From NCBI RefSeq assembly GCF_963921235.1, contig NC_086108.1, positions 64,048,001 through 64,112,000 of the forward strand: DNA of 64,000 nt, in the 5' to 3' direction. A program made the translations under genes and the position numbers. The DNA is from Mobula hypostoma (taxonomy: Eukaryota). Positions 38,071-47,789 of the stretch are shown piece by piece; positions within the stretch are counted from its first letter, which is position 1, and every line of letters begins with the position of its first letter. The notes beneath the pieces were generated by a model. The model was not told the DNA's origin. It did no database searches and was given only the letters and a program-made list of their open reading frames with translations.

Positions 38071-38316
38071 GCTTTATTATCAAACTAGACAACGGGGTGA
38101 CCTGTTGGGGCACCGTTTGAGGGAAGGGTAGTGCAGTCTGATGTGAACAGAATGAACATTAAATTTTCCCGAATGCTATTGGTATCGCTTTGCTTTGGAA
38201 ACTGAATTAGAAAACCTCAGTTTATTAAAGAAGAACGACGCGTAGCAAAGCAACTATAGCTCCTCCTCGTTTAATGAAGGACACTTTTGATGGCATCATT
38301 TCTGGCTCATCTGCCA

Positions 38317-39414
38317 TCCAGGACATCTCAAATGTCCTCTTTCTTTAAGGATCATGGTTTCCTTTCTGCCGTCATCAACGATGCCCTCACCCGCATCTAC
38401 TCCATTTCCCGCACTTCGGCCCTCACTCCATCCTCCTGTCACCACAACAGGGACAGAGTTCCCCTTGTCCTCACCTACCACCCCACCAGCCTCCAGATCC
38501 AGCACATTATCCTCCGCAACTTCCACCACCTTCAACAGGACCCCACAACTAAGCACATCTTTCCCTCTCCACTTTCCGCAGGGGTCGTTCCCTCCACGAC
38601 TCCCTGGTCCAAACGTCCCTCCCCACGGATCTCCCACCCAGCACTTATCCCTGTAAGTGTAAGTGCTACACCTGTCCCTACACCTCCTCTCTTACCACCA
38701 TTCAGGGCCCCAAACAGTCCTTCCAGGTGAGGCAACACTTCACTTGTGAGTCTGTTGGGGTCATCTATTGCATCCAGTGCTCCCGGTGTGGCCTCCTCTA
38801 TATCAGTGAAACCCAACGCAGATTGGGGGACCACTTCGTCGAGCACCTCCGCACCATCCGCCACAACAGACAGGATCTCCCGGTTGCCACCCACTTCAAC
38901 TCCGCTTCACATTCCCATTCAGATATGTCCATACATGGCCTCCTCTACTGCCATATTGAGGCTAAACTCAAGTTGGAGGAGCAACACCTCATATACTGTC
39001 TGGGTAGTCTCCAGCCCCTGGGCATGAACATTGTATTCTTCAACTTCCGGTAATTTCCTCCCCCTCCCTTCCCCCATCCGTATTTCACTCTGCCCCCTCC
39101 CCCAGCTGCCTATCACCTCCCTCTTTGTTCCGCCTCCTTCTACTACCCATTGTGCTTTCCCCTATTCCTTCTTCACCTTTCCTGCCTATCACCTCCCTGC
39201 TTCCCCTCCCCCACCCCTTTATCTTTCCCCTTACTGGTTTTTCACCTGGAACCTACCAGCCTTCTCCTTCCCACCCTCCCCCCACCTCCTTTATAGGGCC
39301 TCTGCCTCCTCCCTCTTCAGTCCTGACGAAGGGTTCCGGCCGGAAACGCTAACTGATCATTTCCACGGATGCTGCCCGACCTTCTGAGTTCCTCCAGCGT
39401 GTTGTGAGTGTTGC
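38317..39414 (+). mobile_element. Penelope-like element: RT C-terminal region, GIY-YIG endonuclease, pLTR
   Basis: RVPLVLTYHP; VIYCIQCSRCGLLYISETQRRL..EH; PVATHFN; TSD TCTGCCA at 38310-38316 and 39415-39421. Confidence 0.93.
39318..39355 (+). ncRNA. Minimal type I hammerhead ribozyme motif (cleavage triplet mutated)
   Basis: CAGTC-CTGACGA-AGGGTTCCGGCCG-GAAA-CGCT-AACTG. Confidence 0.65.
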
Positions 39415-40067
39415 TCTGCCACCCTTGTGCCTCTTGTTGATATTCCAGAGACATGCAGCCCTTTCATCCCCTGTCTCTTCATCTCTTCTGCTGTTATCTT
39501 TTTTTGTCCTGACTCTTTGATCCTGGAGTCATGCAGCCCTGGCCTCATCCGATTCTTGCTCTCTCCCTCTCCTAGCCACTTCCCGACGACATTTGGCGTC
39601 ATCTCTTGACAATAATGTCCCCCTTCCCTTTCCACGCAGCACAATTAGACTGACTTTTATTTTTACCCTAATGCTGGATAGAAGATACGAAGCACTAACA
39701 CCAAAGGATGCTGATTATTCTTGATGATGTGGTTGGCGCTCTCCTAAATGGACGTGATATAGTCACCGCTGTCCTTTGACTGCAGCAAAGGGTTTAATAG
39801 GTGTCTCGAAGTATGTCATTATAATGAGATTTAATTATCTCTTATTGATGGGTGGCAGTTAGATGCCCTGCACATGCTGATGCTGATTAGCAGAATGTGA
39901 CCCCTCAAAATAGAGCTGTCCTGCCCTTTTGCTCCAGTAGGTGTCGCTGCGGAGGCTGGACGTGTGCATGCGTCGGGCTGTCCTGTCCCGATTTCTATGA
40001 TGGCGGATCGGATCTTGGGTAAAAAGGAACCTGTTGATTTTGGCGAATGAGCAATTTTATACGAATA

Positions 40068-41707
40068 CAGGTTTGCCCCGCCATCCGAAGGTAGACCGTT
40101 CCTATGAAACGGTTCGTAAGTCGGAATGTCATAAAGCGAAGAAGCAATTACCATTTATTTATATGGGAACAATTTGTGAGCGTTCGCTGACCCAAAAATA
40201 ACCTACCAAATCATGCCAAATAACACATAAAACCTAAAATAACAGTAACATATAGTAAAAGCAGGAATCATATGATAAATACACAGCCTATATAAAGTAG
40301 AAATACTTCTCTACAATCATTGCCTGCACTGTTCTCCGTAGCGAAAATCTCACGCAAGCGCTCTCAGCAGAAACACGGCGCAAGCGCTCTCCAGTAGCCT
40401 TTAAGCTATGAAGCTGCCAAATCATACCAAATAATGCATAAAAATACACAGCCGATATAAAGTAGAAATAATGTATGTACAGTGTAGTATCACTTACCAG
40501 AATCAACAAGTCAGCCCAGAGCACACTGATGATGGTGTGTTAGGCTGAGTCGTCGGAGGGTGGGGTGGTGCAGTGGCCCCCATCCTCCGGGCCACCGACC
40601 GATACTGATCCGCAAAGCATGCAGGGGTGCAGCAGTAGCCGGGACGCACCCAGCACATCTTTAAGAAAAATGCTGAAATAAACAAGCTAATTAAATAGGT
40701 GCCACCCAACACGTAAATGTCAGCCCAGATCAGAAGCGACGCAATCGGCAAACACCTCTGATCTGGGCTGACATTTATGTGCGGGGCGGCATCTAGTTAA
40801 TTAGCTTGTCTATTTTGGCTTTTTTCCTTAAAGATATGTTGGTGCGTCCCAGCTACTGCTGCATTCTTCGCGGATTGGTATCTGACCGCGGCCCGGGGGT
40901 TGGGGTGGTGGGACACTGGGGTGTCATCTCATCGTCTGTTTCATCAGGGCATGTAGGTCATCTTCTTCTATGTCTGCCTGCCTCGATGTCGAAGGTCGAC
41001 GTTCGTCGTCTGCTGTGGCTGATGTGGAAGGCTTGAAAAACAGCAGTATACTTGACTGCTTAGCCTCGCGCATTTTTCTATCATACAGTTCTTTGTAAGC
41101 ACTCAAACCATCTTGCAAATATGCTCTAAACCGATGCACCCTTTCAAAATTAAAGTCGTACTTTATCATTGCAGCGAAAATCTCAGGCAGTTGATTCACG
41201 TTCAGTTCCTGGACGACTTCACTTTCGGTCCGTTTGCTACTGCATTAGTTTTCGATTGTTATCCTTTCCTCTTCCAATTGCATCAGCTCTTCATCTATCA
41301 GTTCTTGGTCATGAGATGCCAAAACCTCTTCAACATCATCTTTGTCAACTTCCACAAGCCAAACTCACTTTGTCCTTACTTCATTCACTACGATTGAAAC
41401 GCTTATTTATGTCTAGTTTTACGCTATGTGTAACACCCTTACGAGCTCTTTTAGGCTTTTCCGATACCTTAGAACTCATCTTGCAAACAGCTGCTCACAG
41501 GCACGTGTTTAAGCAATGCCGGCTAGAATGCCGTTCCGAATCTGGTGGAGGAGTGGCTGCTCAGGGTGCGCGCTGCTTTTTTTTCACGTGCTGCCTTTTT
41601 TCGTAACAGTGAAAACACCTTCTGTTAGTGAAAGCAGGTAACTAATATAGGTCTTTCGTAACAGTGAGGTTTCGTAAAGCGAACGTTCAAAAAGCAGGGG
41701 ACACCTG
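40068..41707 (-). mobile_element. Tigger/pogo-family internally deleted DNA transposon
   Basis: TA|CAGGT...ACCTG|TA; minus remnant MSSKVSEKPKRARKGVT fused to acidic DVEEVLASHDQEL and C-terminal YKELYDRKMREAKQSSILLFFK. Confidence 0.88.
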
Positions 41708-41863
41708 TATATAGCCCTGAACTTTGCCTGCATTCTGTAAGTTAGCGCATTTTAATTCGATGTAGTCAAAAAAAGTGCTGCTGCAATGCACCATTTGCGC
41801 TAATTGGAAGTCACAAACATACAAACAGACAGACAGAGCATGAGAGTTTTAGTAGTATATAGA

Positions 41864-43350
41864 TATTGAAAGTCTAGATAGAGTGGATATGGAGAGAATG
41901 TGTTCTTTAGTGGGGGAGTTTTGGACCAGAGGGCACAGCCTCAGACTACAAGGTGTGATAGTATTGGGTTTGCTGACCGTGAAGTTCTAAACTCATACGA
42001 AGTCTATAAGCTTATTGGATACAAATAGCCACAAGTATTTTCAATAAAGGGAGATAATACTGTGAATACCCAATCTTCAAAGACTAGTTTGCTTCCCTTC
42101 TCCACAGTGTGGTTAGCTGCTAATACCCACTATTCAAGCAGTGGGTACCCTGTACCTACCAAGGAAAAGATACTACCAGATACAAAGTAGTTTAAAACAA
42201 TTTATTTATTTACAATGATACTCGTATAAATCCACACATTCTTGAAATACATTTAAAACTCACAGAGTATTTCTATTCTAAACAGTTACAATTACAAACC
42301 ATTTCCAAAGCACAAAGTACAAAGCATTTCTCAAACATAGAGGATTAAAGATTTCTAAAACACAATTACAATTCCTACAAATTAGAAAATATACCACAAT
42401 GCAGATAAATAAGATGCCCATCACAGAAACCAAAACTGAAGGATTGGGTTCTAGTTCTTCCATGTTTCTTGATGTTCCTGGCCTCATCCCTAACAAGCCT
42501 GAACTGCTCTGAACATTTATACCCCTTTACACATGCCACGAGCATGTGATATTTCCTCAGCTAACCTTTTAACACAAATGGTCTAAAAGCATTTTTGGAG
42601 ACATAGATCTTAGTTAGTCACCATTAATGCTGTAAAACTAACTTCTGAGTACATAAACCTCTCAACAATAAGCACACTAGTTATCGATATGCTAAACAAT
42701 ATTATTCATCTGGCTCTGCAAGCTTCCTTGATATAAGCTACTTAAGAGTCAGCTTGTCATTTTTAAACAGCCCACTGATTTATACCTTTGAGCAATAGTG
42801 AAGCGGATTCAGTGGCACGTTAGAAACAGAGCATCTGCAAAATACAGAGCCTATTGGCAAAGCTGTTCTATCAAAAGTGCCTTTTTACTGTCAGGTTAAT
42901 TACTACTTTCCATTTACATTTTAAGAACTGAAGACTGATTTCCATTTATGACCAGAAGTTAAACAAGCTGGTAGTTGGAGGTTTACTTACAACTGTTTGT
43001 GACATTTCAAATGACAGCTATTTAAAAAGCAAGCTTAGCAAATTTGGGATATAAGTGAATATCTATCACAAAGGAAATCTATTTAGAACAGAGATAAGGA
43101 GGAATTTTGTTTTAGTCAGGTGGTAGTGGATTTGTGGAATTCATAGCCACAGTTGGTTGTGGAGGCCAAGTCATTGGGCTACAGTGAAAGTGGGGGCTGA
43201 TATGTTCTTGATTAGTAAAGGTGTCAAAGGTTACTGGGAGAAGGCAGGAGAATGGGGTTGAGAGGGATAATAACTTAGCCATGATGGAATAGTGGAGCAG
43301 ACACAATGAGCTGAATGGCCTAATACTGCTCCTATGTTTTATCGTCTTAG
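41864..43350 (+). mobile_element. CR1 3' fragment hosting the Helitron (left edge) and a solo LTR
   Basis: TATCAAA(38078-38084)+TATTGAAAGTCTAGATAGAGTGGA; GGGCACAGCCTCAGACTACAAGG rejoins AAATCTATTTAGAACAGAG. Confidence 0.85.
41954..43070 (-). mobile_element. Complete solo LTR, 1117 bp
   Basis: TGTGATAG...CTATCACA 8-bp terminal inverted repeat; TSD AAGG at 41950-41953 and 43071-43074; TATAAA and AATAAA on minus. Confidence 0.9.
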
Positions 43351-43614
43351 AGTCTTTATCAACTGCTCTCTGGCAAGAAAAAATTTGATATCATCAGCTC
43401 TATTTCCCTAAAATCAAAGAACTTCTATAGTTAACAATTGGGAACTAGCTAGAGGATGTTGCAAGCTCTGATTCGGTAGGATTGAATGGCAACATCAGCA
43501 ATATTGACAATGTGCTCCTTGCCCTGCTTTAGTATTATCCCTGTATTAAGAGCAAGAGGCATATCTCAGTAAGTGCCTTTATTGCAAGAGTGGTCATGCA
43601 AATGATCTCTTTAG

Positions 43615-44724
43615 ACCGTAAGACATCGGAACAGAATTCGGCCATTTGGCTCATCAAGTCTGCTCGATGGGTGAGTTATTATCCTTGAACCCCATTCTTC
43701 CTCCTTTTTTCCATAACCTTTGATGCCCTGACTAACCAAGAACCTTTCAACCTCTACTTTAAATATGCTGAATGACTTTGCCTACACAATCACTGTGGCA
43801 ATGAATTCCACAGATTCACTACTCTCTAGCTAAAGAAATTCCTCTTTATCTCTGTTCTAAATGGATATCCTTCTGGTTTCTGGCTGTGTTTCCAATGGTC
43901 CTAGACTCACCGACTATAGGAAACATCCTCCCTACTTCAATTCTATACAGACCTTTCAATATTCGATAGGTTTCAATGAGAACCCCCCTTATTCCCTAAA
44001 CTCCAGCGAGCAGAGACCCAGAGCCATCAAACATACCTCATATGTTAACCCTTTCATTCCCAAAACCATTCTCGTGAACCTCCTCTGGACTCTCTCCAAT
44101 TCCAGTACATCTTCTCTTAGATAAGGGGTGCCATGTTGCTCATAACACTCTATGGTATGTGGTGGGTGGTGGAAGTCCTGAATGACAGATACCACCTTTT
44201 TGAGGGATCGCCTTTTCAAGATGTCCTTGATGCTGAGGAGGCTCATAGCCATGATGGAACAGGCTGAGTTTGCAACTTCCTGCAGCTCTTCCCAGTCCTG
44301 TGCAGTGGCCCCTCCATACCAGGTGGTTATGCAACCATGGTACCTCTGTGGAAATACCAAGTGTGTCCTCTGCTGTTTAATGCTTCCACCTTGTACCCTG
44401 AGGAAAAGATTCTGACTGTCTACCCTATCTCTATGCCTTTCATAATCTTAAAAAACCTCTCTCACATCTCCACTCAGTCTCAGACACTTGAGGGAGAATA
44501 ACTCGAACTTTCCTTATAGCTCTTATCTTCTAATCTAGGCAACATTCTGGTAAAATGCTTCTGTCCCCTTTCACAGTTGCCCTATCTTTCCTATTGTGGG
44601 ACAACCAGAATAGCACACAATACTCCAAGTGCACTCCGACTACAGTTTTATATACTATAACCGCAGTATGACCTCCTTACTTTTGTACTCAACACCCCTG
44701 ACAATGAAGGCAAACATGCCATAT
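43615..44724 (-). mobile_element. Adjacent CR1 and Rex1 3' fragments (CR1 43615-44130, Rex1 44140-44340, CR1 44345-44724 resuming 45534-45625)
   Basis: YLREDVLELERVQRRFTRM; WYGGATAQDWEELQEV. Confidence 0.8.
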
Positions 44725-45533
44725 CAACACACACAAAACATTGGAGGAACTCAGCAGGCCAGGCAGCATCTATGAAAAAGAATATAGTCAACGTTTCAGG
44801 CCGAGACTCTTCAGCAGGACTGGAGGAAAAAAAGATGAGGAGTCAGAGTTAGAAGGTGGGAGGTGGAGAGGGACAAACACAAGGTGATTGGTGAAGGGGG
44901 AGGGGTGAAGTAAAGAGCTGGGAAGTTGATTGGTGAAAAAAATAGAGGGCTGAAGAAGGGGGAATCTAACAGGAGAGGACAGAAGACCATGGAAGAAAGA
45001 AAAGGTGGAGGAGCACCAGAGGGAGGCTATGGACAGTCAAGGAGGTAAGGTGAGAGAGGGAAAAGGGGATGGGGAATGGTGAAAGAGGGGGCATTATCAG
45101 AAGTTCGAGAAATCGATGTTCATGCCATCAAGTTGGAGGCTTCTCAGACAGAATATAAGGTGCTGCTCCTCCAACCTGAGTGTGGCTCATCACAACTGTA
45201 GAGGAGGCCATGGATTGACGTGTTGGAATGGGAATGGGAAGTTGAATTAAAATGGATGGCTACTGGGAGATCCCACTTTTTCTGGTGGACAGAGCATAGG
45301 TACTCGGCGAAGCAGTCTTCCAATCTACATCGGGTCACACGGATATACAAAAGGTCACACCCGGAGCACCAGATACAGTAGATGACCCCAGCAGACTCAT
45401 AGGTGAAGTGTTGCCTCACCTGGAAGGACTGTTTGGGGTCCTGAATGGTAATGAGGGAGGAGGTACAGGGGCAGGTATAGTGCTTGTTCCACTTGCAAGG
45501 ATAAGTGCCAGGAGGGAGATCAGTGGGGAGAGA
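44725..45533 (-). mobile_element. Penelope-like element (GIY-YIG plus pLTR)
   Basis: ORF 45144-45536 VIYCIWCSGCDLLYI; CATAT at both junctions; hammerhead-like motif at 44786-44822. Confidence 0.9.
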
Positions 45534-45627
45534 CATATGCCTTCTTTACCACCCTCTCCAACTGTGTAACCACTTACAATGAATTATAGACCTCAACCTC
45601 AAGATCCCTTTGTACCTCAACACTAAT

Positions 45628-46790
45628 ACATAGAAAACATACAGCATAATACAGGCCCTTTGGCCCACAAAGCTGTGCCAAACATGTCCCTACCTCAGAA
45701 CTACCCAGGCTTTACCCATAGCCCTCTATTTTTCTAAGCTCCACGTAGCCATCCAGAAGTCTCTTAGAAGACCCTATCGTTTCCACCTCCACCACCGGCA
45801 GCCCATTCCATGCCCTCACCACTGTCTGCATAAAAAACTTACCCCTGACATCTCCTCTGTACCTACTTCCAAGCACCTTAAAACTATGCCCTCTTGTGCT
45901 AGCTATTTCAGCCCTGGGGAAAAGCCTCTGACTATCCACACAATCAATGCATCTCACCATCTTGTACACCTCTATCAAATCACCTCTCATCCTCAGTCAC
46001 TCCAAGGAGAAAAGGCCGAGTTCACTCAACCTATTCTCATAAGGCATGATCCCCAATCCAGGCAACATCCTTGTAAATCTCCTCTGCACCCTTTCTATGG
46101 CTTCCACATCCTTCCTGTAGTGAGGCAACCAGAACTGAGCACAGTACTCCAAATGGGCTCTGAGGAGGGTCCTATATATCTGCAACATTACCTCTCAGCT
46201 CTTAAACTCAATCCCATGCTTGATGAAGGCCAATGCACCGTACGCCCTCTTAACCACAGAGTCAACCTGCACAGCAGCTTTGAGTGTCCTATTGACTCGG
46301 ATCCCAAGATCCCTCTGATCCTCCACACTGCCAAGAGTCTTGCCATTAATGCTATATTCTTCCATCATATTTAACCTACCAAAATGAACCACCTCACACT
46401 TATCTGGATTGAACTCCATCTGCCACTTCTCAGCCCAGTTTTGCATTCTATCAATGTCCCGCTGTAACCTCTGACAGCCCTCCACACCATCCACAACACC
46501 TCCAACCTTTGTGTCATCAGCAAATTTTCGTAACCCATCCTCCACTTCATCTTCCAGGTCAGTTATAAAAATCACCAAGAGTAGGGGTCCCAGAACAGAT
46601 CCCTGAGGCAAACCATTGGTCACCTGCCTCCATGCAGAATATAAACCATCTCCAACCACATTTTGCCTTCTGTGGGCAAGCCAATTCTGGATCAACAAAG
46701 CAATGTCCCCTTGGATCCTATGCCTCCTTACTTTCTCAATAAGCCTTGCATGGAGTACTTTATCAAATGCCTTGCTAAAATCCATATACT
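45628..46790 (-). mobile_element. CR1 RT through 3' end
   Basis: DFSKAFDKV, PQGSVLGPLL, FADDTK; same 3' UTR type as 9270-9356. Confidence 0.92.
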
Positions 46791-46813
46791 TGGTCTACCA
46801 TTAACTGTATGCT

Positions 46814-47780
46814 TTCAAAGTTTCATTTGTTACTAAAGTATACAATTCTGAAATTCTTCAACTCTATAGGTAGCCATGAAAACAAGAAAGAAAAGAAAGG
46901 AAGCATGATCATCAACCTCCAAATCCCACCACCACCTCCCACAAAAAAATGATCAGGCACGTTGACCTTTTAATCCCTCCTCCTGCTCATAAACCAAGCA
47001 AAATGGATCAGCTACATCAACCTCCAAATCCCTCTTTCCACACACAAAAAAACTAAGAAGACAAGGGAAAAAAACACAGAATATAAAAACCATAAGACCG
47101 AAAAACAGAGTCTATAGTCCAAAGTCCACAACCAAAATGCAGAAGAAACCTGAGCAACACTCTCTGGGCACAGCAGCAGGCTCTCCCCTCTCTGGTATAG
47201 AACAACCAATCAAATGACAAGCACCAACTGCTCACTCTTTACACTCACTTCAATTCTTCAATCACCCTCATCACTTTAATTGGTGAACAATGGGAGCTCT
47301 AATTGGTGAAATGGAGCCAAACCTTGGCTTGCATCCTATCTGCAGCTTACCCACTACGGATTTCCGCCCTCTGTTTCTGCCTCCTGGAATCCTCTCAGAG
47401 ATTGCAAAGTGCTGGAACACCCAACCAATCTTCCAAACTTGGGCACTCACCTTGATGTTTCAATTGCCCTCATCACTTTAATCAGCAAACAATGGAAGCT
47501 GTAATCGGTGAAATAGGGTCAAATACTGGCTCGTGCACCATCTTGCAGCCGTCTCACCATGAGGTTTGCTCACACTGACTTTGCTTCCCTGAATCCTCTT
47601 GGAGACTGCAGTGCGCTGAAGTACACAAATGATCTGCAGACAGCAGAACACCGGCTCCAACAGTTCCAGAATCACATTCAAGACGAGAAACAAATGTAAA
47701 CTCATAAAAGAAGTGAAAAAGGTAGTTTCATGACCTATCTAGATGGCGACCAAAGGAACATTATATGCAGACACCATCTC
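46814..47780 (-). mobile_element. Unclassified non-coding retroposon-like element with internal ~205-bp duplication
   Basis: Minus 5' AGATGGTGTCTG, 3' ...AAATGAAACTTTGAA tail; units starting ATCACTTTAAT near 47270 and 47472. Confidence 0.45.
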
Positions 47781-47789
47781 CTAAGATGC

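Larger units (their letters stand above)
38085..41863 (-). mobile_element. Non-autonomous Helitron (about 1.0 kb of own sequence) with nested Penelope and Tigger
   Basis: Minus strand A|TCTATATACTAC...subterminal hairpin-CTAG|T, no TSD; (ACAG)n near 5' end; repeated E(S/T)xDE(A)RAAxL peptide remnant 39642-39420. Confidence 0.85.
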
